NCBI GenBank assembly: GCA_024704765.1
Contig: JAKMXF010000111.1
Coordinates: forward strand, 186,001 to 250,000
Origin: Oopsacas minuta
Lineage: Eukaryota > Animalia > Porifera
Direction of reading: 5' to 3'
Length of the DNA: 64,000 bases
A program made the position numbers and the translations under genes. Below are positions 1 to 10,900 of the stretch, one piece after another. The stretch's first letter is position 1; every line of letters starts with the position of its first letter. A model generated the notes under the pieces. That model did no database searches. It was given only the letters and a program-made list of their open reading frames with translations, and was not told where the DNA came from.

Positions 1-70
1 TAAGTGATCCACATTTCCAAATGTTAGTGAATCTCTTCACTATACACCTAACTCTATTCAATTGTTTAGC

Positions 71-1393
71 ATGTATACACTTATCCGTCCAGGTGTATTC
101 AGGCAAATACCCAGCATTCAAATTCACAAGCAATTCATCCGTAGACGTAGAAAATACATGGGATTCGACCTACCCACAGAATCTGTAGATCCAACTAATA
201 TGATCCATGAGCCGTTTGGCCGTAACCAAAAGCAAATACTTCGTCCTACAAAATACTCAGAAATCCAACTTTGGATGTTGAATTCCTACCATGAGCCCTT
301 GTTGGTCGCTCCTTTGTCTCAAAGACAATTAATTGGCATTTCTGGTGATGGAGCAAATGCGTTACTAAATGGATTGATAACAAATGACCTGAATAGTTTA
401 GAAAAAGAGCGAATTATTTTCACCTACGCTTTGAACGCGAAAGGTCGCATTCTTTTCGAAATGTTAATATACCGTTTCGAAGAAATCGCGAAAGTTCTCG
501 ACACGAACACTCGTCAAAGATTTGCGGGCACAGATGAGAACTATGTAATTGAATGCGATCACCGAACAGCACCCGATCTTATAAAACACATACGTACATT
601 TATGCTACGTAGAAAGATCAATTTTATTCCATTAACAGACGTGAATTTATTCCATATATACCCAACACCATTTGAAGAAGAAGACAAGAGAGTTTACCAG
701 GCATTCACCGACCCTAGAAATTCATTTTTGGGTTCTCGATTAGTTATCCCAAAAACCTTTGACGTCAAACACTATACACAAGATTTGATATACGTTTCGA
801 ACTTATGTTATCGTGATTATCTAAACCATCACGCTATACCTGAAGGTCCATTAGATATTACACCTGGCAAATATTACCCATTGGAGTTCTCCGGTGATCT
901 AATGAACGGTATAAGCTTCACAAAAGGTTGTTACCTCGGCCAAGAGTTGACCACACGTACATACTACACTGGACGTATTCGTAAAAGATTGCTCGCGTTG
1001 CGATGGTCTATCTTTAGTGAACCACTTGTAGTAGAACCAGGTTATGAAATCGTAGACTGTATGGACCTGAATTATAAAAAAGTTGGCAAAGTAATAAATT
1101 TTCATAACCTCTTATCTTCCGGAATTGGCCTTGTTGATTATTATACAATGCGGGTATATCCACGTATACCTGCCATACGAATTCCTCCGAAAAAGTTCGA
1201 GCAAGTTGTAATGCATCCGCCGTTCTGGTGGACAGTAGAACAACAAGAGATTTTTAATGACGACGAGGATAAGGTGTATAAGCGAACAGACTCGTGTTAT
1301 AACAAAAAGATGGATAAAGCTGATCAAGATAGAATTTATAAAGATATGCAAGAAGAGTATGTTGATCGTGGGATTGATCAAGCTATGATATAA
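71..1393 (+). CDS. IBA57: Mitochondrial Fe-S cluster assembly factor, YgfZ/CAF17/IBA57 family
   Basis: Intronless ORF, first ATG at 71. Contains the signature KGCYLGQELT, a GcvT-like N-domain (LLNGLITND, FTYALNAKGRILFE) and an Arg-rich N-terminus compatible with a mitochondrial presequence. Confidence 0.9.
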   Translation: MYTLIRPGVFRQIPSIQIHKQFIRRRRKYMGFDLPTESVDPTNMIHEPFGRNQKQILRPTKYSEIQLWMLNSYHEPLLVAPLSQRQLIGISGDGANALLNGLITNDLNSLEKERIIFTYALNAKGRILFEMLIYRFEEIAKVLDTNTRQRFAGTDENYVIECDHRTAPDLIKHIRTFMLRRKINFIPLTDVNLFHIYPTPFEEEDKRVYQAFTDPRNSFLGSRLVIPKTFDVKHYTQDLIYVSNLCYRDYLNHHAIPEGPLDITPGKYYPLEFSGDLMNGISFTKGCYLGQELTTRTYYTGRIRKRLLALRWSIFSEPLVVEPGYEIVDCMDLNYKKVGKVINFHNLLSSGIGLVDYYTMRVYPRIPAIRIPPKKFEQVVMHPPFWWTVEQQEIFNDDEDKVYKRTDSCYNKKMDKADQDRIYKDMQEEYVDRGIDQAMI

Positions 1394-1942
1394 ATTGTGT
1401 AATTGCGTATTTTGCATTCATTAGGCTACCAATTTTCGAATTTAGCCTTTCAGTGTTGATTTCGTGGATTAGTGAAGAAGGTCCAAATTATACCTTCAGA
1501 ATGCTATTTTTTCTGATCTGTACTTTAACGAATTTTTAGCAATACCTTCTACCCATGTTTACACTTTTTTTGAAATTCAAAAGTCCCAAATTTCCCCGGC
1601 CAGGATGGGTAAACTCTCACAAATTCTCACTCAATTAAAGCCTAATTACACTATAGTGTAGTTTGCACAGTAAATATCATAATCATTTATTACGCCACTC
1701 CCTCGCTGGGTGTAACTTATTACCACTTAGAATAATTGGCGTATAATTTTCTTCTACTCTCTATAAGCACGTTAGCTGAGTTGGTGAGTGGAAGGTTACT
1801 AAAATAGTAATTACTATCAGATTTCCATAAGACGTCTATTATGTATATAATATTATTACAAAAATCAGCATAAGTAATAGAAGCACCAATATTACTTAAT
1901 ATACTACGTCCTCATCGAAAGAAGTATTAAACAACTTAGATT

Positions 1943-2058
1943 AGCTGTTTCCAACCTGGATTCATGAACCCCTTGGTGTTCTACGGACGATAGCAGGGGG
2001 GCCACAGAATGTGTTAAAATTGGTATAGGGGTCCACGGTGAAAAGGTTAGGAGACGCT
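1943..2058. mobile_element. hAT/Charlie-like MITE remnant (family C)
   Basis: Ends resemble GTTTCCAACC...GGTTAGGAGAC and the core is CACGGACGATAGCAGGGG. Related copies at about 19100-19166 (reverse), 20218-20290, 49580-49690 (reverse) and 51864-51925 (reverse). Confidence 0.55.
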
Positions 2059-2597
2059 TACTTAGATTTTCCGAAATTCTTCCTATAAGTCAACTCCCGA
2101 GATAACAAAGTTGGTTATTACGAAAATACAGTTATAACGAAGTGATTCTTCATCCCCTATAGTTTGAAATAATTGATTTTACTCCGCTTACAATGAAATG
2201 AAACAGGTCCCAGCACTTCGTTATACTTAGAGCTTACTGCATTTATATTGACCAGACATATATTGATATCTCAATGTTTGTTTTCAAACTACCAGATGTC
2301 CATGTAACCTCCACATTTATCATCATTAGCCAGCTACTATTACTACCCAAAATCCTTCCCTATCATTATCTAATAAGTAATATGAACTACCCAGTGCTAC
2401 ATTCCAGGGCATGTCTCAGATAGTGATCGATTTGATTTAAATACTGCTGCTAATTCTTTATGACTACAATTTCAGTTCATTGTTTGGTATTACCAGAGTT
2501 TAACTCTAATTTTCTCAGAAACTGGTGAGTATAATTATTTTGAAATTTCCTTGACTTTGATACACAATTATTGTATAAAGATTTTTCATTCGTATTA

Positions 2598-2760
2598 CAA
2601 TCAACTCCGGTTATATCGAAGCTCAAAGGTCGAGCCAGCGATAATTACTTCGATATGCAATTTATTTTACTTTGGCTTGGGACCATATTTGAACAATTTC
2701 GGACTTCGATAAGAGCGGGTATTTCGAAATATCCGTGTTCGATATAACGGAAGTTGACTG
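2598..2760. mobile_element. TA-flanked pogo/Tigger-like MITE (family A)
   Basis: TIR CAATCAACTCCGGTTATATCGAA / TTCGATATAACGGAAGTTGACTG with TA on both sides. At least 8 related copies occur in the window. Confidence 0.75.
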
Positions 2761-2924
2761 TAATATTATGTCATTCTATACCCATTTTGTGTATTTAAGT
2801 ATGCATAAATATTCCATATAATCGACACAGCATTTTTATTTTTGTGTGTTTTCTTGAAATTAGTGATTAGAATATTTTAACATTTTCTAGTAAATATATA
2901 TTTTGAGTTATTTAATTGCATAAA

Positions 2925-4655
2925 ATGGCTAGTAAAGAAACAATTTCCGATCCGATCCCCAACAATGATAATATTGAAATAATTCCAACAATTGATGATG
3001 ACACACTCAACAAAACAATATGTCAAAACAACGATGGAATTGAGCTTGGACAAGTTGAGTTACTTCCGGGCTTAGAACCTGCAACTGCATACATTTATGG
3101 CATAGCCCTCGTATTTACATTGGGTGACAAAAAACGCACAACTCGTTCGAATAGTTATCATGTTAAACGCGAAAAGGCCAAAGTTGCATCAGTCAATAGT
3201 AAGGAAATCGGATTCGAAGAGAAGGCTAATCAACCACAATGTGTTATCATAAAATGGGAAGATTTTGTGAATTGTAGGTTACGTGAAAAAGGTCAGAAAA
3301 ATGAAAATTACGAATTGGAAATCATTAGTTTTGAAGTTTATGCTTTGACCAAGAAAATGCGGTATAAACGCCGTAGACGATGCGTGTTAACATTCGCAGT
3401 TGTCCCACAGTCGAATGAATCTCAAATACAAGCAAATTGGATTGACAAAATCACACTAACTGGCCGGAAATTTGTACAAAAAAAATTCGCGAATACTCGA
3501 GAACTGAACGACGAAGAATTGCTTGCGAAAAAACGCGTATTAATTCTATTGAACCCAGTCAGTGGAAAGCGTACAGGTTTGAAAATATTCCATGCACATG
3601 TTGAACAATTTTTGAATGATGCTGGAGTTGAATTTGAACTTTTCGTGACGCAACGTGCCAACCATGCTCGCGAAAGACTACATGACGAAGACTTAGATAA
3701 ATGGGATGGACTACTTTTCATGAGCGGAGACGGCCTTTTGAACGAAGGAGTGAACGGGTTACTTTCTCGCGAAGACGCGACCGTCGCAATACAGAAACCA
3801 TATGGGATAATACCTTGTGGAAGTGGAAATGCGATTGTTGGCGCTATTTTACATTATTCCCATGAAGATTATTCGCCGTTAAATGCCGCGTTTGTGTTCA
3901 CGAAAGGTTTATATAGTTTTTGCCTACACCCTATGGATGTAGGCTTATGCATACAGGGTGAACGAAAAACTTATTTTTGTTTGGTTGTCAATTGGGGATT
4001 TTCTGGTGATGTTGATATCGAATCGGAAGTTTTCAGGAAAATTGGGGAGTTTAGGTTCATTCTAGGCGCCATTTGGCGCGTTGTTGACAGACGTATTTAT
4101 CGTGCTGATATTTCATATTTGCCATATGACGAAATTCCAGATGTGGCTAAAGGCATAGGTTCAGGAAACGAGAATTCGATTCCTGGAAACGTAGAACCTG
4201 AAGTTACAATTTCTCTGCCAAATAATAGTGGAGTCGAAAACAACTTAAATTCTGAGAGTCCATCGCCCAAACCAATCGAGCCTTCATCCTGGATTGATTT
4301 ACCGGGACCCTTCACAAACGTATTACTCACACTTTCTCCAATGTTAAGTCATGAACTCTTTTGCGCGCCAAGCCATAAATTCGGTTGTGGCTACTTCACA
4401 CTAGTCAATATTCCCTATACGAATGTCAGTCGCATGCAGGTACTACAAATGGTCGATAGCTTTAAAGAAGACAATTTAGCCAATTTCGTTCGGCTTACTT
4501 TTACCAAAGTGAAGGCTTTTCGTTTTACGCCTATTTACCCGCCAAAAGGCTACATAGTAGTGGATGGGGAGGTGGTCCCTTATGAGACTTGTTCCGCTGA
4601 AATAACTGGTCATAAAATGTTTATTACGTCATTGTTTGAAAAAGAATCGCAGTGA
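2925..4655 (+). CDS. SPHK: Sphingosine kinase (DAGK catalytic family) with N-terminal extension
   Basis: Intronless ORF, ATG at 2925. Motifs LLNPVSGK, SGDGLLNEGVNG, IIPCGSGNA, DVDIESE and VVDGE match SphK conserved regions C1-C5. Confidence 0.9.
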   Translation: MASKETISDPIPNNDNIEIIPTIDDDTLNKTICQNNDGIELGQVELLPGLEPATAYIYGIALVFTLGDKKRTTRSNSYHVKREKAKVASVNSKEIGFEEKANQPQCVIIKWEDFVNCRLREKGQKNENYELEIISFEVYALTKKMRYKRRRRCVLTFAVVPQSNESQIQANWIDKITLTGRKFVQKKFANTRELNDEELLAKKRVLILLNPVSGKRTGLKIFHAHVEQFLNDAGVEFELFVTQRANHARERLHDEDLDKWDGLLFMSGDGLLNEGVNGLLSREDATVAIQKPYGIIPCGSGNAIVGAILHYSHEDYSPLNAAFVFTKGLYSFCLHPMDVGLCIQGERKTYFCLVVNWGFSGDVDIESEVFRKIGEFRFILGAIWRVVDRRIYRADISYLPYDEIPDVAKGIGSGNENSIPGNVEPEVTISLPNNSGVENNLNSESPSPKPIEPSSWIDLPGPFTNVLLTLSPMLSHELFCAPSHKFGCGYFTLVNIPYTNVSRMQVLQMVDSFKEDNLANFVRLTFTKVKAFRFTPIYPPKGYIVVDGEVVPYETCSAEITGHKMFITSLFEKESQ

Positions 4656-5581
4656 TATCCTCCATGCACAATTCTTTTTAGTTGTCGATTATATATTTAC
4701 TATCAATGTACATATACATGTATATTATTACAATATAATAGATGCAGTAAATATTTATACGCAATACCGTATTTCTCTGAATATACTTTCGTGGGCATTC
4801 TTCGTCCATATATTTTGTCATTTTTCGAAAATACCGAAGATTTTGGGAAACTAATTATCTATTTTGTGGTCAAATGTGGCATAATTTTCAACAAAAATAT
4901 TCTTATCGAGAGGTTGGTGATAAAATTTTATTCATAAGTTTTGGAGCTATTTTCTAGCCCCGGCGCTTATTTAGGGGAATAGAGTACTTCAGTTTTTTGT
5001 TAGGGATCACCAAGTTTGATTGGAGTTTTATTCTTAGTGAAGCCCTCCTGTATGTTTGAGTAATAGTTATACATAGGTTCACCAATTTAATGATTGCGAG
5101 CGTGATCTTGCAATCAACAGTATTGCCTTGGGTGCGGAATTTCAATTCCCATTCCCACAGGATTTCTGTTGGAATTCCCATACCCAAGGCAACCCTGGCA
5201 ATCAATGATCGCACGATCTCATGCCCTAATTTTAGAATATTCAGTGTAGTAAAATTATTCAAGAGGACATTACAGACTAAAATTGTCCTTAAAAGTTGTA
5301 ACTCACAATTAGGTAAAAATATTTCTACAAAATTATATGGAGAAGGTAAGTCTAGTGCAGAGATGAAACCGGTCGAGGTTTTGACAGACCGCTAGTTTGA
5401 ATTTTACTAAAGCAGTTAGTGATACATAACTCCCAAATATCGCGACTGTAACACGAAATCTCAACCTGGCGTATAATCCATATATGATATTAGATAATAA
5501 CCTGGTGGCTACCCCGGCTATAGAGAAAGAAGAACTTTTAATTCCTGCGATAAGGAATCTGGTCAATACACTGAGACATTT

Positions 5582-6982
5582 GAACTTGGAGAGGTTGAGA
5601 TTTATCCTGGAAAGAGGCGTGCAATCGCAAATTTATCTCAAAAATGTTTGATATTCAAATGGGTTGAACCGAAATCTTCTCATATGAAACCCAATTATTG
5701 TTCTATGGGAAGATTTCCTGAATATTTCCGCTGTAAAATTTGTGAAAAAGAAAGACGAGATTCTCCATGTGCAAATAATTAGCTACCCTGAATTTGCAGT
5801 TACAAAAAGGAATAGTAAAAACGGAAAAGGTTCGCTTTAGAATTTGCTCCAATTGCCTCTTTGATTGAAGTGGAATTCAAGGGAAACTGGATTGACAAAA
5901 TCAAAATTTCTGCTCGGCGTTTTTGTCGAGAATACGTATAAAAGCACTAGGTTTGTAAGCGACATGGAATTTCTTGAGAAAAAGCGCGTCTTAGTGCTCG
6001 TAAATCCATTCTCTGGCACTCGTTCTGCGCTTAAAAATTTCAAACGAGAAGTTGCGCCATTATTACACGAAGCTGGTGTAGATTTTGAACTTTTCGTGAT
6101 AGAAAGGGCCGGACATGCACACGAAAGACTTTAACACGAGGATTTACCATAATGGGATGCCTTGCTATTCATGAGTGGCGATGGCCTTGTGAGCGAAGCC
6201 TTGAACGGCTTGGTTTCTCGAGAAGATGCTAAGAATGCCTTACAAATACCTATTGGCATAATCCCATGCGGAAGTGGTAATACATTGATCGGTACCATAC
6301 TATGCTATTCACACGAGGATTATTCTATATTGAACGCAGCATTTGTGTTTGTTAAGGGCCTCTATGGCCCATCTCAATGCATAGATGCTGGGCTTTGTAC
6401 ACTGAGTGACGTCAACTTTTATTTTTTTACTAGTTTCAATTTTGGGTATGTAAATGATGTGACTTTTGAATCGGAGTTAGTTAGGAGGATTGGAGATATT
6501 CGTTTCACGTTCTTTGCTATTGGGAAGTTATTATTAAGCCGGCATGCCTATAAAGCTGATATATCATATTTACCCCATGATGCAGATGATGATACCATAG
6601 AAGATATGAGTGACTCCTCATGAGTCAAACTTGAAGAGCCATTCACATCTATTACTATTACCCTACTACCATTTCTTTTCATAAGTTATTCATCCAACCA
6701 ACGCTTCCAATCGGTAGCGGATATTTTACACTAGCCATCCTCCCCTATGAGAATATAAGCCGCATGGATATACTCAAACTTGTTGATAAAGCTAAGAATG
6801 ACGATATTAGCGTATTTTCTCCATTTTCCTACCACAAAATGAAAGCATTTCGTATCACACCCAAATACCCAAGGAATGGTAGTCAATCAACTGATGGGGA
6901 ATTGTTGACATATGAAACTTGCTACGGTGATATTTCGCCTTATAAGATGTCGATAATCTCAATGATTGAGAAAGAGCACTGA
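5582..6982 (+). pseudogene. Decayed tandem duplicate of sphingosine kinase
   Basis: Colinear with the upstream SphK from ELGEVEIYPG through WEDFLN, NWIDK, VNPFSG, SGDGL and GSGN to TDGE. In-frame stops TAA 6132, TAA 6150 and TGA 6621 (Trp in the intact copy). Frameshifts near 5835, 5921 and 6678. Confidence 0.85.
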
Positions 6983-7050
6983 ATTATTTACTATAGGAAA
7001 ATACTATTATTTTTTCAAATATATTTTTATTGCAACTCATATAGTATATA

Positions 7051-7430
7051 GGGGGATGCCCTAATGGCATGGACGATGTTCGACTTCAGCGTGGCCGTGC
7101 GAAATCTAGCAGTCTGAATATCATGAAAATTGGTACACATATACATTTTGGGTCGGAGATTTGTACCTCGGATATGAATTTTCTAAAGTGAATATTTCAC
7201 AATTTTCTATTTAAAATTTAATAGCAAACTAGAGATTAGGTTTCAACATGTTGTCAGGGGTATTTGGGTGCGTAAGGCTCCGATTTTGAGATTTTGAGAG
7301 TCTGAAAGTTACAAATTCAAAGATTTATATAATTGTCTTATGATTAATCATATTTTCACACCTTTTGCTAATATTTCAAAATGATGCTAGAGACTTCGTT
7401 TGAAAAGTTAGACAGGGGTAATTTTGGGTA
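7051..7430 (+). repeat. Interspersed repeat family B, unclassified
   Basis: Shares GATGCCC-AATGGCATGGAC...GGCCGTGCG-AATCTAG...TTTTGGGTCGGAGATTTG-ACCTCGG-TATG with 44420-44815 and 54692-54880. Confidence 0.7.
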
Positions 7431-7944
7431 ATTATTCGGAATCTTATTCGTAGGATTTGAGGATAAGCATTAAGGGACGAATAATATTGATTATCCTGGA
7501 ATATTTCTCAGATCCAAGAGCCCAAAATCAGTCGGAGCCGCGTGCATTCAGGTATCTACACGGGGTTCAAGCCCCCCCTCTGAAAAGATCAAAAACAAAT
7601 AACCCTGAGCTGCACTACCAGTCTGTCTGCTGGACATTTTTTTTATTATTTATCACTTCTTAACAACTATATTGTATTATAGGAATTCAGTTTTGGTTAA
7701 AAGGTATTAGGATATGGCTAATCATATGATAAATACTATTTCCGATCCTCAAATCGGACATGGAGAAGTGCGAATTTCGCCTGTAACATACATATGTAAT
7801 ATGCTGTCTGCACAGATTATACTTTTAGATTTTTTGTTCTTGTCCTCTCTCTATTTGATTAGTTTAACCATAGGTCACTTTTCAACATATGTATTATATA
7901 TTTTCACCTGTTTATTTATTTAGGACTGCAAATGGGAATTCAAC

Positions 7945-10900
7945 ATGTCCTTTATCTTTAGCAACAATTTTCTCCTCACAATAATCCTAGTAACTTTCAC
8001 AAATACAAACGGAAAACTATTATGGAATCGTTTTGAAGATTCTCAAGCACTTTGTAACGACTTTACGCGAAGCGGATATTTTATCTCTTCAAGCATAAAC
8101 CAATCTTTGCCTGATAATCAAACTCGATGGGTAATTTTCCTTGAAAGCGGTGGTGTATGTTCAACACCAGACGATTGCAATCGTAGATACACGACTTTCC
8201 ATGCAACCATGTCAACAAAAAACCAGCGAATATCAAGTGTAATGTCTAGTTTAGAATCTTTTTTCGAGCCTGAATTATTGTCGCAGGGCATTGAAGGGTT
8301 TGACATTCTCTCAGAAGATCCGACAGTAAATCCTACCTACCATGATTGCATACATGTCCTAGTCCCTTATTGTACCAGCGATCTTTGGTTTGGAATTGGC
8401 AATGATTTGAATACGACAAATTTCAATTTTTCCGATGCGAAAACCGAGAATTTTCAGTTCACATTTCGCGGTAGTATCCTGCTACAAAGTTTGTTTACAG
8501 AGTTGGCAGATAAATATAGATTGAATGATGCGGAAAAGGTTTTGTTTTCCGGTTCATCAGCTGGCGGAGTTGCTCTATACAACCACGCGAAAACCTTGCA
8601 AACTTTCCTTTCGCCATCAACCGAATTATCCATTCTCGGCGATTCATCTTGGTTCATAAATTTCCAGGAATCATTCGAACTCATAAAGGGGAGTGTACTG
8701 TACTATAATTTGCCTGCATTTCAATCATGTCGTCTTTTCCGGCATGGCGTCCCTTGTTGCCTATCAACACCCTGTATGTTAACGAATCCAAGTTTCTATC
8801 CGCCCGATTTGAAAACATTGATCGTTTTCAGTTTGTATGATATATATTTATTGAATCAAACTCTTGGCGAGTTTGACAAGGACAATTTGCTGATATTTCG
8901 GATACTACGCATTATCACTGAATTCGGTGGTGCTATGAATTATAGTCTCCAGTTAGTTGAATATTTAAATCCAAATTTCAGTTTTATCGCATCTTCATGT
9001 TTACAACACGTTTTCCTAGCGACCTCGTCTTTATGGGTGCAAGGTCCATTGGGTATATTTGCGGGAAATATCGTAGAATCTTTCGTTGATTCAAACTTTA
9101 ACCTTGCAATCAAGCCTGGAATATGGACAGAGTATGTGCTAAGAATCGATGAAATTATCTACAACATATCCTCCATCACAATCCGTGACGCAATAACTCA
9201 ATGGGCAAACGGTGCTACAATATCATACCGTGAGAGTTGTAAAAGCCCTCATTGCAATAGCAAATGCCCCGAAACAATTACACTAGGCCTCGGCACACCT
9301 TATTGGCCAGCTCCCGTCCAATATACGCTCATTTCCGTTGTCCTTGTTATTGTAATTTTATGTGTAATCCTAAAATTTAGTTTATCACTGAGATATTTAT
9401 GGATTAAACGCCAGCAAAGACGGTATGTTGAACGTCACCACAAAATGCGTGCGAATTTCGAGAAACGAGGTGGTGTTTCGAACTACCACATCATGAAATG
9501 TGATCCAGACGATACAGTGACACTCGCCTGTCTTGACATAGAATATAAAGTGAATATTTCCGCACTTGCTGCCAAAAGATTGCGCTATGAGGAGGAGGAT
9601 ATCGAGCCTTTAGTGCTGAAATCTCTTGACACTGTAACGGAGGACATGTTGAAAACACTCGATCGGAAACAAACACGGAGACGACATACTTTTTCAGGGA
9701 AATTGCCTGGTGAAACGTCCGTGAATGATTTCCAAAATATATCACCGATGCACCACCCGAAAGAAAGTAGTCTTGGGAGTATGAGTGATTTCCCGAATGA
9801 TGACGACACGATTTTACTCAAAAGTTCACCCCGAAAAATTAGAAAATCGCAAACTATGAATTTAAATGATAGCCCTTATAAGAAGAAAAGATTGGAAAAA
9901 GAAGATTCAGTTTTGTTTGAGACTTTACAAAGAGTTGCGTCATTCCCTCCTGAAGATAAGAAGAAAAAATCATCCATCATGAATCCGTTGAAACAAAATT
10001 CGCGAACAATTCTCAAAGGTATTTCCGCACTTTTCAATCCTGGCGAGTTAGTAGCAATCATGGGTCCATCTGGTTCTGGAAAAACAACCCTATTGGATTT
10101 ATTAACCGGTAGAAGACAAGTTGGGAGTATCGAAGGGCGTGTATTCGTAAACGGTTTTAATGTACAGTCGGTTCGCTCATGGTTTATAGCAAATACAGGG
10201 TATGTCTTACAACAGGCACAGCCATTTTACGAAGAATTGACTGTACGTGAGAACTTAACGCTATCAGCATTTATGCGTTTACCATCTTCAATGACATTAC
10301 ATCACAGACTGGAGAGAGTTGAGGAAGTGCTCCGTGAAACATTCCTTGTCGACCTAGCTGATACTAAGGTAGGTAGGCCTGGTGGTCCAGGGTTAAGTGG
10401 TGGTCAGAAACGGAGATTAAGTGTCGCGGTACAACTTCTGAAACGTCCTACCCTACTGCTCCTTGATGAGCCGACCTCTGGACTTGATGCCTCATCTTCC
10501 TACGAACTTTTGACATATTTAAACCATGTGGCTGCAAGCGATCGCACTGTCATTGTAACCATCCATCAACCTCGCCTCGAAATATTCCATCTTTTCAATA
10601 AAATTATTCTCCTATGCAGGGGGCAAATCGCCTACCATGGGGTTCCCGAGAAAGCTTACGAGGTGTTTGTGAACGCACATCGAGCATTTGAATACACACG
10701 TGGTTTTAAACTCCCTGATATTGAGAAACATAATCCAGCTGACGTCATCATGGATATATTAGGTAGTAAAGAGTCCCGCTCGGCTATTTTAAGTTATTAC
10801 AGACTGACTGAGGAGAGTGAAGAGATTTATGATGCAATTTGTCATGCACAGCATCGACGAAAAAAATATTTCGGCCCCGTGAATGAGACATATAAAGGAT

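Noticed and set aside
5090-5395. 101-aa ORF upstream of the SphK pseudogene
   Set aside because: No recognisable motif and no alignment to the intact SphK. It may be a decayed 5' part or chance.
6132-6623. Alternative genetic code or stop read-through explaining the TAA/TAA/TGA inside the second SphK
   Set aside because: Neighbouring genes end normally at TAA, TGA and TAG, and the same copy also has frameshifts. A pseudogene is the simpler explanation.
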